Source of the DNA: Marsupella aquatica
Taxonomy: Eukaryota > Plantae > Marchantiophyta
Direction: 5' to 3'
DNA: 64,000 nucleotides
Assembly (NCBI GenBank): GCA_973895155.1
Contig: OZ316892.1
Coordinates: 10,086,283 to 10,150,282, forward strand
Within the stretch, counting starts at the first letter, position 1, and the number at the start of each line of letters is the position of its first letter. Of this stretch, positions 12,593-26,765 are shown in pieces. The translations under genes and the position numbers were made by a program. The notes below the pieces were generated by a model that did no database searches, was not told the origin of the DNA, and saw only the letters and a program-made list of their open reading frames with translations.

Positions 12593-13890
12593 AAGGTTCA
12601 TTTTTGCATAGCACTAATTATGGCGTAGGTCACTTGGGGGAGAACAGACAAACTCGCCACCTGAGAAAAACAGCCTCATAACCAGCCCTAGTAGTTCCTC
12701 CCAAGGCTTTTGGCGTTTTGGGAGGGATATGGGCTGACTTTCTATAACTGGATTTGGAAATAGTGATAAAGTATAGTGATAAAGTTGCTCCAGCCCAGAA
12801 ATATGTTGAGCAATTATATGCTATAACCAAGAGACTACTACAGCAGTTGGATTGTCAGACTTCAAATGAGGAATGGCATGATTGTGCATATTCATTGGTT
12901 GAGCTAGGAGGTTTTTGTCCACTACGAAAGAGAGGCATCCGCATCTCTGGTTCGGATTTTGATTTTCCACCCAATTTTCAACTGGTCCTTGCCCAGTGTT
13001 TCAATTGTGTTAGTGACCGCAAATGTTTTCTAGTCTTTGTTGGGTCACCTGAATCCAGGTGCGGAGCTTTTTGTTGCGGAGCTTTTTGTTGTTTTGTTTG
13101 ACACTTGTGATATATCAGATGAACTCAAGGTTTAGTTCTTTGGCAGCTAGGGTCATATATTTACTGTCTGCAACACAAGGGGGCTCTTTTTGTTCTTTGG
13201 CAAGGTGAAAGATTGGGTATAAGATTGCCTTTTTTTTCTGGCAGGGTCATAAAACAGAGTCTTTGCTCTCTGGCAGTGTGTATATAAGATGGTGAGCAGT
13301 GCATCACATAGCGAACAGTATACATTTATAATTCTCTGACTCCCTATTAAATGACTTCTCTTTGTACAATCCTAATCTTCTGAACCCCCTAACAATGACT
13401 CCTCTATGGCTGTCTTGCCTCCATCGTGGGAAGCTTCTCCCCAACGTGAGTCATGAGTTAGACTCAATAAAACAGGAGTAATTTGCTTGGGACTCGAGGG
13501 CCACACAAAACACATTGAGTCAGGGTTCCCGTCACCCCAAACTGAAAGATTTTAGTACAAGCCCAGTCCTGATGCACATCTTACAACAAGCCCAACCACT
13601 GATGCAACGCATTATTGGGGTGTGGGGTTTGTCTCTGGACCTTTCGTTTTGAGCCTTTTTTAATAAATTGGTATTGTAAGTACTCGTACAATCAAAGTGT
13701 CCTGGATGACCTGTAGTAAGTATTTTATTTATCTCACATATAATAATATTGGGTGTAAAAGAACGTGTGTTCTTTTCGTAACAAGAATAACACCGCGCGA
13801 GTTATTTACAATTCAAAATAGCATCTACAAATAGTAATATTTTAAAAACCATACAGAATAACAGTTGTACACAAGGAGGGTCTTATGTAT

Positions 13891-14042
13891 AGGGTAATGC
13901 AGGTCTGGGTGTAGGGTTACTAGGCTGTAACCCTGCCTCCGGAATATGAAAAGAAACTGACCAGCGGCAGCAGGGAAGCTTCTTTGAATATTCTGGGAGC
14001 AGGTTACAGCCTATAACCCCAGCCCTGTCCTGCATTAGGGTA
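13891..14042. mobile_element. Palindromic MITE-like hairpin
   Basis: taatgcagg..taggctgtaacc..ccggaatat is mirrored by atattctgg..ggttacagccta..cctgcatta. Confidence 0.6.
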
Positions 14043-14334
14043 CGTAACTCTGCCCGGGAAGAGGTTACAGGCTCAACTTGCTCAACTTTTCAGGACACTA
14101 GATTATTATGATTATAGCAGGCCCTGTAAAAATGGTTACACACTGGTAACCTCTTCTCCTGACAGGATTTACGATAAAAGATTTACGATAAAAAAATGAA
14201 TGGGAGGGCGGTGAACACCAGAGAAAATATGCAGTGGCTGTTATCGGGCCAGGACCCTTTACTTTATGGTGGCAGCCTTGGTATAAAAACATTGATTCAG
14301 TAGCTTGAACTGACATCATTCTCATCGGAGCGAG

Positions 14335-14790
14335 GTGATTCTATCGATTTGGGCAACCCATCATTTCCATTGTCTACGTTGTATCTCTCCGCCAGCATTT
14401 AGAGAGTCTGGATGACATCCTTGCCCGACGGGTGTCGCCAAATGGTATCTCTGTCCCGAGAGCCGGAAGTCAGCTTTCAATAGATATACACCCAATGAGC
14501 ACAGCTGAAGGAACAAAAGGCACTTCGGGGGCAGTGCAGGGTCTTGTACTGCTGTTATAGTGGCAGCCTAAGTTTTTAAACAATTCATGCAACAGGTTCA
14601 TAAACCCCTAGATTGATACCTCGTCAGAGTGAAATGATTCTATTGATTTGAGCACTCAATGACTTCCATTGTCTGTCTACGTAAATTAATCTCTCTGCCA
14701 GCATTTCAGAGGGTCCTTGCGCCACCGGGTGTCGGCAAATGGCATCGCTTTACCAGAAGCCGGAACTCAGCTTTCTATAATACACCCAAC
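14335..14790. repeat. Diverged direct duplication (~14335-14495 / 14635-14790)
   Basis: tgattctat.gatttg.gca..ttccattgtct..tctct..gccagcattt..aga.ggtgtcg.caaatgg..ag.cggaa.tcagctttc is present twice. Confidence 0.7.
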
Positions 14791-17700
14791 GACCACACAA
14801 TCTCTACATCAGCACAAAGTGGCTGGGCGATGACGTCGGTATCTCACCAGGTGCCGTAAAAATTATGGTACATACAGTAAGTGTTTGAGAGTGTGTTACA
14901 CATGGCTGGAGAATCCATTTCCAGCCACTCCCGACAGTATCAAGAATGATGAATCACGAACACCAGTCGATTCAGCTCATCCTATTATTCCATCCACCAG
15001 TCCTTCCCTGGGCAGTCTACACTCTCCCTAAGTGCACACTCTCATTTAAACAGAGTTTTGCATTATAAAGTAAGTTCAACGTCAGTGATGTTGTCGTTAT
15101 AAAAAAAAGCTATAGCTGACCCGGTATGAGGTGAGGATGCTAGCATTTGGGGTGTTCTTTGGCGGATGGCACCTGGACCTGATCTCCAGCATTTGTGACA
15201 AGTGACGATTGCTTTGATTTGTAGATGAGGGTTTGAGACTTTGAGGTCTACATTACTTTGAGACCACTTGTGGAGTGGGCTGGGGTATTCACTACTCAGG
15301 CTGGGGTTTTCGGTGTGCCCGGGCCTCGCCTTGCTATTCCGTTGTTGGCTTCCCTTGCCCTTTTTCATCCTATGAATGCTGTTATGCTTCTGGTGGCCTG
15401 CAATTTTCCCCATCCACGGGTTTTGCTCGGATTACAATTGAAATTAAAAAAGTAAAAAAGAAGAAACGTGAAGATTGACAAGGAAAGTCTTTAGAACAGA
15501 AATTGGAAGATTGACGCCATCCACACTCAAGTTGGTGACAGTGGCCGGGCCACTACTCCATTGACCTGCCCGGCCTGTCTGTTCAGGCACGCAGGAGGGA
15601 CCTTATTGGGGGCCTAAAACCCAAGTTTAACTTTTCGGTGGGCCTGTGGGGATAACAAAATAGCCTTAGCTAGCCCCATCTCTTGCTAAGGTCTCTGCTG
15701 ACCGGCCTTCCCGGCTATGAGTGCAGATACTCTTTAAGTGTGACATTGACGATCTTGCACTTACTGAAATCTGCATCTCGTTAAACTGTAAAATATTTGC
15801 ATGTGCTCTATATATCGCTGAAGTGAACAATAGCATCTACAGTTGCCCATAAATGTTCGGGTAGTAAGAACTGTTACATTTTGTCATCTAGCGGAGACCT
15901 TGAAACACTTATTGAATGGACCAAGAATTGCAAATTGTTTGGTAAAACAAAGAGAAAACTGCCGGTCTTGCTTGTTGCTACAAAACGCTTTGTGCACTTA
16001 TGGAGGTTGCTCAGCACTGTAGAGAACATTTTGAGTTTCGAGCCCTTCCTCATGATAATGTTTAGTCGGCTCGTCATGTTTAGTCGGCTCGTTTGACTAC
16101 GATTTGATCATTGCTTGAACCTTTTTATTAATCATTCTATTCTATCATTGCTCCCTATCGGCAGTCTTTCCACACGTCTATCCTTCCCCTTTGTGTGGTT
16201 GCGTTACAAGTTGTCTGTGTATTGTGGACGGCTGGTATTCGATTCAGTGTGTGAGCTTCGTTTTTGGCACGGGCTAGAATCGTCATCTGACAAAATCACT
16301 CTGGAACCTAGGAAAAAGCACCCTTCCCATTTGAGTGATTGCGTAGCAACTTCTATGTGGATTGTGGACGGCTCATATTCATTCAGTCGGTGTGCTTCTT
16401 TTTTGGCACAGGCAAGAATCATCGCCTGACAAATTACTTGTTTAGTTGCCCCTTATGGGCTCAGCTTTCTCCCTGGTCCCGGCCCCACCGATTTCTGCAC
16501 GCTGACCTCCGGTCCCTTGGGTTGGTGCCCTTTGTGGGCCCCCCTTTTTTGTATGTTGGCTATTTGAATGGAATTCATTTAGTTCTTTCGAGGCGTCATT
16601 TAGTTCTTTCGAGGCAAAAAAAAAAAGAATCATCCCCTGACAAAAATTACTCCAGAACCTAAGAAACTGCTCCAGGCCAAATAACCCCAGTCAGACGCAG
16701 AATGTAAAGATCGTGGACTTTGTCTAAAGCAAATTGAAACAAACATTAAAATTCTGAACAAGAAGGTAACACCAGATTAATTACACCTTTCTCCAACCAC
16801 ATCACTTTCTTTGTGTTACAAACAGCGGGGAAAATGATCAAATCACACAGGGACCCAATCATGATTGGCTTATTTGCCGTAAGAAATAATGACAATAATC
16901 AACCACTATGATATGTTATCCTGCCAATTCTGGCGGATGCCAACAAAAAGTAAGAAGAGCGGGACATAATGTTTATTGTTTGTTAAGATAAAACTTATTC
17001 ACAGTTGTTCCTCCTTTGGCTTCCTCCTCTGGCCTCAACTATTGCCCCTGTGGGTACATATCAAAATGAGATAATATGCAATATGCACTTGTTGATTTAA
17101 AAAATTAGTTTTTAATTCATTTGCCACTAAAGATGTTCTAATTCACAATATTGCCACTATTTTATTTTTATTTCTAAAAATGTCATAATTTTGTATACCG
17201 ATGACAAGTTTATCAAAGTAAGAGGGGAATTAATCCGACCCCCATGTTCATCCAAGGAATGTGTGTTTGATGAAGTGAAATCAATTTTCAACAATGCGTT
17301 AATCGATGGTTTTGAGTCTCCCGATGGTCTTGGTGTGTGCTCATACAAAAGAAAAAGCTCAAATGATAGAGGAGATTTATCAATGAAAGGTTGAATATGG
17401 AAGAATAGAGTTTTTTTAACGGTTTGCTTACACATTGCAGAAATTGTGTTTCTATCATTCATGATTGATCGTTTGTGAATTACACTGAGCATTACCGCCA
17501 CAAGACAAACTGGAGGACAACACTTAGCTATTGGCAAAAGAAGGCTTGTCGATTCGATGGGAAGAACACACAAAACAAACGAGTCATCGCTTTACATGAA
17601 GGTTTCATAGTTTTTTTATTTAAGAAAGCTATGGTGTGAGGGGGAGACCAACGATTATTTCTTTGACATAAAGGCTGCATTTGGCGTCAACTTGTGTTCA

Positions 17701-17849
17701 GAGTGAGCTTCAGTTGAAGACTAGAGGAATGCGAACAATTCAAGCCGGGAAGCAAGCATTGTGGACAAGGGATGGCGACGTAATCAAAGAAATCAATTTT
17801 CAACGGCTAAGTTTGTGACGGTGATGAGATTGTGATATTTCTTAACCGA

Positions 17850-18340
17850 GAAAGGGTTTCCAATGAGCCTCAGATTGACAAATTTTGTCAAGTTCCAAAT
17901 GAGTTTTTGAATTTCTTTGTCTTTCCAATGAGTGTGAGTATAAGAATTTTTGATCATGAGTCTATGAATTCTTTTAGCTTTCCAACATTGAGTCCAACAT
18001 TGACAAATTTTACGCCAGATTTTGTCACGACACTAAAGAGATCATGAGGTTTTCAATCTCTCTAGCTTTCTAATGTGTGACATTGAGATTATTCGTCAAG
18101 AATTAGAGAGATCATGAGTATCTGAATTTCTCTAACTTTCCAATGAACCTAACATTGATAGATTTTGTCAAGTACTAAGGAGATGAGTTTTTAATTTTAC
18201 TTTAGCTTTCCAATGAGTGTGACATTGAGAGATTTTATCAAGACATACTAAAGAGGTCACGAGTTTCTAAATCTTGATCTTGATTTTTCCAATGAATCAA
18301 ACATTGACAGATTTTATCAAGTACTAGGAATTGATTATTT
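17850..18340. repeat. Degenerate tandem repeat (tttccaatga..acattga..gattttgtcaag units)
   Basis: Motifs ctttccaatg, acattga and ttttgtcaag/tttatcaag recur about six times. Confidence 0.7.
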
Positions 18341-18569
18341 AGTTTTACAATGTGAAGCCAAAGGGGTTTTAACTATGTACATTTCTATTGGTTGGTTTTT
18401 TCAAACTTGCAAACAATTAAAAATTACAAGCATTTTGATATAAAACACTGATATATTTTTGACAAACATCAAAATTGTAACTTTATTTTACTAAATGACA
18501 TATCTCCCTTTGTATTTTGGTTTTTTCCATGTTCAATATTTACGGCATGGCGCCCCAAAAATTACGTTG

Positions 18570-18700
18570 CTTTTGCCACAAACAGGAATGTGCACGTTTG
18601 TTATTGTTAAAAGTAGGATCATTCTTGTTTGTGGCTGGTTGTGGTGATGTGGCGCAACCTCGTGGCAGGGAATTTGCAAGAGACCTCTTATGGGTGTCCG
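18570..18700 (+). repeat. Dispersed repeat, inverted partner of 39050-39190
   Basis: gatgtggcgcaacctcgtggcagggaattt is the exact reverse complement of aaattccctgccacgaggttgcgccacatc at ~39077; similarity extends over ~130 bp. Confidence 0.85.
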
Positions 18701-18973
18701 TAACTATATAGTGAAAATGGAATATTTTTAGAAATATGAAAAAAAACAGTGACAATATCACACATTCAAATATTTTTAGATAGACATAAAAGTTTGTAGG
18801 GACAACCAGGATGGACACAGCCTGTTGACACTGTAACACTAATCCCTAATGACACCCAAAATGTATTACAAGTGTCTTATGAACATTAAGTACCTTTAAC
18901 CTCCTCCCTTGCTCCTGCCTGGAAAGACTACTAGAAGAAACAACCAAAAACTTCTTGTTCCCTGTCAGACAGC

Positions 18974-19097
18974 TCCTTACAGGTCACCATTGGAACACAA
19001 GTGAAAAATGTGAGTTCCTTACAGGTCACAATTGGAACACAAGTGAAAAATGTGAGTTCCTTACAGGTCACAATTGGAACACAAGTGAAAAATGTGT
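18974..19097. repeat. 42-bp tandem repeat x3
   Basis: tccttacaggtcac(a/c)attggaacacaagtgaaaaatgtg(agt) three times. Confidence 0.95.
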
Positions 19098-20018
19098 TAT
19101 ACAGACACAATCTTAGGGTTTGTTCTGTGTCTATTTCAAGTTATGTTTGTCCATTGGTGCTTTTTCTCAAACTTTTGTGTTGATCCAGGCTTTAAGTTCG
19201 TGGCAAGGTACATTAAATTGGTTTTAGAAAAATGACGAGTTATTGAGTGATGTAATACACTGTACATATGCGATTAGAAACACGAGTACATGTCCTATTT
19301 TGATTGTGCAATTAGAAACACCAACGATTGCGGTGCATAAGTGTACAATAGTACCGTAAGCCTGCCTGTATGCCATGGTACGCTGTGGTACAGTGTACCT
19401 GCAGTACCGTCGTCCATGATAAGCCTGCCAGCGGTGCAGCTTCACCCAGGGATACTGGTACGAAGAGTACTATCCAGGGTTGTACGTAAGGGTACTCATT
19501 ATCCTCCCATGTTTCTGATTATGGGAGATACTGGTCAGAGAGCATTTACGTCACTCCCAGGAGACGATACTCTGCAAAGGGAGGTACAAGGAGCGACGCT
19601 GGTGGGGAGTGGACAAAGGGGTAAAAAACAATAGAGAAATAAGTTGAGGAAATTAAAAACAGTGAAAAGTCAAGAACAAGGAAAAGGGGGGCAAGAAAAA
19701 AGGGGATCATGACAACATGGCTAAACCCAACATATGGTCATAGCAAACCTCATTCCAACATGGTTTTGGCAGATCCATGATTGGAAAAATACACCAGGCC
19801 CATGACCAATGGGGTCGGTCACAAAGGTTAAACTAAATTACATAACTACTAGTTTTTTTAAGAAAATGATTACTTTTGGTATCAAAACCATGTTTGAGAT
19901 ATGTCCAATATCATGTTCCAAATATTGCTGTAAAACCAAGAGTTCACTAGAATTGAGTTGACGAGAGTGCTGCATCATGGATGAAGCATACCTCTGTTTC
20001 CAAAGACTAACTGGTTAC

Positions 20019-20262
20019 CCCCGGGGCCTCACTTCAAGGGAGATCCCATATCACGTGCAAAGTTTTCAAATAATAAACACCCTAAGACTTAAAAAACTAA
20101 AGTAGATTTTAGTAATTTCAACCCCTAGCTTTATATTATACACCTATATTTCTTCTACAAAAGTTTTTAAGTCTTTTGCACAATTGAATCAGAAAACACC
20201 TACCTTCTTCGTGTGCGATGGCAGGGGCTATGGGTCAGAAGAAAAGAAGTGAAGACCCCAGG
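20019..20262. mobile_element. MITE, 8-bp-TSD family (copy 4)
   Basis: Ends ccccggggcctcact ... agtgaagaccccagg; perfect TSD ctggttac. Confidence 0.8.
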
Positions 20263-21313
20263 CTGGTTACTTGCATCACTATGCATGTCATGTCAAGTCT
20301 CTCTCTAGCAATGTGTTTGTGGTTCACTAGTCATGGCCATATTGACTATTTTGAGGTGACACCCTAGAAAAAGCAAAAGTTTTTACCCCAGGTACTTTAG
20401 TCTCTTTAGTGCTTTGAGACCACTAAGCAAGCATTCTAATAATTCTCTTCACGACCATGTAAACAATTAGCAAGTAAGTATTCCAAGAGGATGCCCTCAT
20501 GGATTACCTTCTTGAACGTACTGTATGCAAATTACCCATGACTATGCAATGACTAATACATTGTTGCTTGATTACGGCCACCCGCAATAGAGTGAAGTTG
20601 AACCCAATTAATACAAAAGCCGCCTCTGAGTTTAAATATTTTGGGGGAATCTAGACTCCCTTGCTATTTCCTACCCTCAAAAAGGTTATTCATTTACTTG
20701 CACAAAAATCCTCAAGTTAGAAGTTACAATTTGAACCCTCGACCTCAGACACAGTTCTGAGCTGGTAGCATTGACAACTTGAGGCACTACTCTAATTTTG
20801 TAACTACTCTAATAAAAAACAGACCAAACTTAAATCTTGTACAAAATCACACCTGATTAGAAGAAATATACTTTTTAAATTTTCACTCATATTTAGTGCA
20901 TCAATGATGCCTTGAATGACCCCTTCCCTTTTTCATCCATCCCCATAAAATACCTTTACTATTTCCACCCGAGCCACCACATAAATTGTCACTATGACTA
21001 CTGCCAATAATTAAAAAAAGAACATAAATGTTCAGTATGACTATTTTCAGAGAATAAGAAACAACCCTGTTAAAAGATGCAGTCTATAAGTGCCTAGTCG
21101 TTTTCCCAATGAAGAAACAAAAGAGATTCAACAAGCATTCTCTAGAAATAAACAAAAAAGAAACGCTCCCTGTCTGGTTTTATGGAGGAAACTGGGGAAA
21201 TAATGGTAGAAAAGTACTCTGGGAAAGTATTCTCCTATGGTCAATCTAACTTAATCCAACTGATCATTACAATAAGGGGGGCCTATATACAACAAGACAG
21301 TATGGACCAATGC

Positions 21314-21445
21314 ATTGTACTACACTAAAGTATTGTGATGAAAATATTTTCTGACAAATACATCTTGGGGACTTGACCAAAGTATTGTACTACACTAAAT
21401 TATTGTGATGAAAATATTTTCTGACAAATACATCTTGGGGACTTC
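21314..21445. repeat. ~70-bp tandem duplication
   Basis: attgtactacactaaa.tattgtgatgaaaatattttctgacaaatacatcttggggactt twice. Confidence 0.9.
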
Positions 21446-21687
21446 TTTGTCCTTGCTCGAAATATGATAATATACGATTTCCTGATTTGTATTTCTTTGC
21501 CTCACCCTAACTTCTTGTGTGCAATGGAGAGGCATGGGTTAGTCACTGATAACTTTGTCTTACAAATAAGCTTTGACACTCCATATAAATAAAAGCAAAC
21601 ATTGTAATCGTACTAGATCAGTAACCTTCCACTTGACCAACAGCCACGCAACTGGGGTTGCTTTGTTTCTTTTCTACATTGAAATTG

Positions 21688-21725
<38 letters not shown>

Positions 21726-24700
21726 GTGCGCGCGCAGTCCATCGTTGCAAAGTCCAGCAATTCTATATCCTGGTCAAATAGGAAGCCAGGCAATTATGAT
21801 ACTGAAGACCTCATGATAACCAAGACACATGATCGTACATGATCTCAATACTTTTGTGAAGTCTTTGCCCCTCAACTCAGTTTCGGTCATCCATCAATGT
21901 TTCGAATCCTGATATTGTATAAAAGCTCGTGTCGTTTCGTGGACATGTAGTTTGCGATCATGATCTCTAAGTTGTCCTCTCAAAATCTTTCCCTTCTATA
22001 TAGACGCCAACTTCCAATTCGCTACTAACACTACTTTGCCATCGTTCAGCTACCGACCCGCAGTGGCAATCTATGTGAAACCCGCAGTGGCAATCTATGT
22101 GAATAGCCCAGGGGCATCTAGTGGCATCTGCAGCAGCTTTTGCGCAAAGTTGAATTTGCGATAGAGCCATAGAGGTGCTTGGGATATCAAAAGACCCACT
22201 CAGGAAGGTTTCGCCATGGCCATCCTGAAGGCTAAATGACGACCACGTATACATAACAAGCTAGTCTGTCATCCTAGATTCCTCAGGTTGTGGCGATGTT
22301 CAGATCTTTGACGTAAAGACACAGTACGATGTTGTTTCGGGAAGTTGTACAATTCGGTACTCAAATGTCAGATATATATGCTGGGAAGCAATCCGCCAAT
22401 CCCAGAAATATTGTGATGGTGGATTCTCGTCTTGCCAAATTGGGCTGAAAATGTGCAAGGGCGATCAGTGCATCCCAATTACTGCAATATTTTTTGTACG
22501 GGAATAAGCCAGATAAGATACATGACACAAAAATTATGGAAAACGCTGGTCTTCCTGCCTGCAGACCACGGGCGGCTTGTCTTTGCATAAAAGAGAATGT
22601 ACGAGCGGTGCCGCGGTGGAGTGCGGAAGCAGTCCGTCATGTCACTGCTGCCGATAGTTTATGATTTGGAAGTGTCGGTCAAAAGTGCGAAGATCGAAGT
22701 AGGTTGAACGAAACACAGTCATGAGAGTGTCATTAGTCAATCAGAGGGCCCGACTTGACTTTGTTCTTCACCTTAGGCTTTTGGTAGGCTGTTCATTGTT
22801 TCTTCCGGGGCAGGGGGGTGGGGGAGGGGAGAACTCAGAAGTCGCGGAGTCGAGGTTGGATTATGAATGTCTGGCCTGGCTTACTCCTTTCATATAAAGA
22901 AAAACATAGAATCCGGCATTGTGATAACTGCTCCATTTGAAGAAACTAGTCTGATTACCAATTCTTTGAACATAAATAAAAATGAAGACCAAATAAAATC
23001 TCACCAATTTTATTTATTTATCCTATGTCCCGTTTATATTTTCCCCATCCCCATTTTTTATTCCCCACTTTGTTCTTATTTAGGTTTGTCTTTGTATGGA
23101 GTTACTACAGTAGCTTCTCTCTAGACCCTAGCTTGAAAATAGATTATGTTCGATTTATTAGTAAGATTACCTTCGATCAGTTCTCCAAATTCGAAATTCT
23201 ACGGAACCTCAGCTTCTGACGGGGGTTCTGCGTTGGAGTGGATTCGATCTGTTCTAAAGTAACAAAGTGTAAGAGTTTTAAAGGAAAGGTTAGCCAGGAG
23301 TGCATATCATTCCAATCCAGGAATTAAAGTAAACTAATTAAACTATTACATCCAACAGAGTAAGAATGTACTCAAAACCCTCATGAGCCGGTTCACACTA
23401 AGTAATCAGTGACTCTATATCAGCACAGTATTCATGCTACCTGGTTGATATGTACCTTTTGAGGACTTAGCAAAGAATCAAAGGAGAGGACCAAGTTGGG
23501 TCAGCTACAGTAGGTGGTGATAAGGCCACCATTAAACTATTGAAGGTCCTCCAGCCCTTCTGCACACAGTCAACGAGAGAATCACCCTTAGGGTTTCTGG
23601 TTTAAGTTGATGGGGCAACGAAGCTCCGCCAGACAGTCCTTCTGCCCACAGTCCACGAGAGAATGACCATTAGGCTTTCTGATTTGAGTTAATCGACTCA
23701 ACCTTTCTAAGAAAGCTTGGCCTGGCATTCAATGCACGTGCTCATGAGCAGTTCTGACTTACCGAAGTAGAATCCTCTGGGGGGAGAATGATCGTACTGC
23801 ATATAATAGTTAAATTTTACACTGTTGTTTAAGGGAAGGCTCTATAGCTGATCGCTCTATAGCTGATCCAGCTTCAGTTGATGTTCTCCTAAGCTTGAAG
23901 GAAAGTTAAATCAGTGTGGTGGGATAAATAAACAGCAATGATGGATGAGAAAACTCGTCACGGAGAATGCGCTCGAGTCAATTGAGTCTGTCCCTTCCTG
24001 CTGAACTTTGGTATGAAGGTTCAGAAATGCCGGTGAGCGGAAAACTTGCATAGTGTAAATCTACGAAGGATTGGCCATCATTTTTTCTCTGCTGTGACAG
24101 GTGGCAGGCTGCCTCGTATCTTCCAGGACTGTACTGCAAGGTCTGGGCCGTCTGGGAAAAGTGACACCCATCTGGACACTCCATGCAGTAATGATTTTGC
24201 TGGTGTCGGTTTTTAATTTTCGACAACGGAGGGCTGTTAATCTTTGGAGACTAGTGTAAGATTGCTTCTGACGACTGTGACGAGCCGGTGTGGCCAATTT
24301 GATGTCGGCTGGTCAACCCGTTTCGCGTTTCACAACACGAAATTCATGTGGACAATGAGACACAGGATGACGCTTCAAGCATTTAATTTCCCCATAATTA
24401 CAAACCCGGACCCACCCACAGAGTCATATATCGACTCATAGACCTACCACCATCTTCGAAACCTCCGACCCCACCATACCCTCCAGGAATTTGGACATCG
24501 AGCGACCACGGGTGGAATTGGAGAGAGTTTCTCGAGGACATGTGTGTTGGAGTTGCGTCAATTCAATCCCTCATGTCAGAGTTAAAGAGGGTTCGATTTA
24601 ATCAGGTCAGCTCAGAACTGTGCGCACTGAGAACTGAGAACTGTGCGCTATGGAACACCCGTCTTCCGTGACTGTATTTCCCTGTCGCCCATCGGCAACT

Positions 24701-24939
24701 AAAATTTGCTGTACTCACCTACTCTCTAGTGTATAAGCATGGGCTACCATTTTGAATTGAGGACTACGCATTCAAACTTGGCATTCAGGCGCGATGTCTG
24801 TGACAGACAACCCATGGAGGGGGATTGTAATGCTGCCCACGACCAATTTCCAGGGATTGGGCTGCGTCCAATGTCAAATTTCGTGTTAACAACGGAGTTG
24901 AGCAATACATTGTTAGGATAAAGTAACCCGAATGCAAAA

Positions 24940-26765
24940 ATGGACCTGCAGGTGTTGAGGTCAATGTTCCCATCGTTCGTGCAAGGAGTATCCACTTCGA
25001 GCACGATGGCACATTCCCAGGATGTGCATGCATTCAGCAGCACATCGCAGGCGGAGGAGTTACAAGTAGTGACTGACAATGGGGAAATTACTGGATTGGG
25101 TAGTTTACAGGGTAAGCTCTGTGAAATGCGACTGGATGACGATGCACAACATGACGATGTGAAGAATGATCGTGAGAGTAAGGACGATGGAAAGAAGGGC
25201 TATTTCAATAAGGAACCCTGGAATCGGAATGATCGGCCCATACCGGACCTAAAGAAGTGCTTCAACGAGAGCAGTAAATGCGATAAAATTCAATACCCTC
25301 CTCCCGGCGAATTTGATGCAAGCGTCTTGCGATGGTTTGGGACTAGGGCAGACTCTGCATGGATTCCTAAACACCGGTTGAATGACTTCATCTGGGGAGA
25401 AAATATGAGAGATTCCTTCCATACACAGTTTTCAGTGCGAAGGTCCGCTGATCATAGGATTAATGGGTCTGGACCTGTTGAGAAGAATGTTATTTGGTAT
25501 AACTGCTGCTTTGGGCCCGAAGATAAGCGGCATTGGAAGAATGTTGTCGACGGCGACAAAGTTCCACTGAATTTGAACTCGAAAGAAGGTGGCGTGTACT
25601 TAAAAAAGAAAACGATTATAGGTAAAGACACTAGCCCCATGCAAACTCACGTTCTGCTAATTTCTGACATTTTTCACGCATGAGTACCAGTGCCACCACA
25701 CGATTCACGAATAGTGTCTTTGCCATACTCTGTTCAGGCTGTCAATAGTACCGAACAGTGTATTTGCATTCGCTCATATTTTGAATGTTAGGTCCTCCAA
25801 ATCGCATCTGACATAACAGTTTGTCACCAATCATATTTGTGTCAGGGCACAGCATCAAGTGAGGCTGTAGGTGCAGCTTCACTGTCAGCCATTTTGTACA
25901 GCGCGAAGATGCTGTCTTGATACGATGGTTACATAGGGAGCACGAGGACAAACACGGGCAAACATGCCATGGCTTGAATGATACTTCTACATATGCATAA
26001 AACTGTCACATAGCTCCACGTATTTCGATGAAACTCAGGGCTAAATTAGAGAGATATTTGAGGGCTGGGTTGTCACCAAAGGCCATAATCAGGGCACACT
26101 TTGACGAGGCTGCTGTGAAATGGCGAAAAGAGCATCCAGACTCGGATGCCCATGTCATATTTAGTAGAGACATGCAGCTCACACCTAAAGATGTATGGAC
26201 TATTCGAGAAGCAATGCGTAGGAGACAACCCTTTTATACAACTGACGATGCAGCTGGCGTTCAAAATTGAGTGAATCAGAATGACAGGGATGTACTTCTT
26301 TACCAGCCACAAATCAAACTCCAGGATCAACCATTCATCCTAGCCTGGTCAACGGATTGGCAAAAGAAGCAATTGGCTACGTTGGGACATGACAATGCAG
26401 TTGGCTTCGATGCAACATTTGGCACTAACTACTGTGGGGTGAGTTTTCGAGTCAGGAACAAAAGATCCGCTTCCAACTTGTAGACTTTTATTTTTCAGCT
26501 GAATTAATTTTAAGACGTGATGCCTGGTAAAATTGGCGATATTGCGGTTTGATCTTTTTCGCTACATGTTTATTTCATGTCGTCTGATCATTAACATCAG
26601 TGTCACAATTTTATTCTGTCTGTGATCATTGCTGGCGCGCAGTTCCCCTTCTACACAATCGTGGTGTTTGACAAATTCCAAAATGCAATCCCTGTCCTTT
26701 TTGCGATCCTTCAAAGGTATTTAGCAGTGCATGTTACAGCGGTATTCTCAGCAGTGAAGGGCGTG
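24940..26765 (+). pseudogene. MULE-transposase-related gene (SWIM zinc-finger family, At4g13970/At1g60560-like), intron-containing, with stops, 3'-truncated
   Basis: Motifs AWIPKHRLNDFIWGE, WYNCCFGPED, GCRCSF..HEDKHGQTCHG, APRISMKLR, PFILAWSTDWQ..FDATFGTN, then after a GT-AG intron (26439-26642) FPFYTIVVFDKFQNAIPV. In-frame stops near 25860, 25998 and 26268; homology ends ~26760. Confidence 0.85.

Noticed and set aside
15539-15719. hAT-like MITE (cagtggccggg ... cccggctatg)
   Set aside because: Short imperfect TIR, and the flanks (gttggtga/agtgcaga) do not form a TSD.
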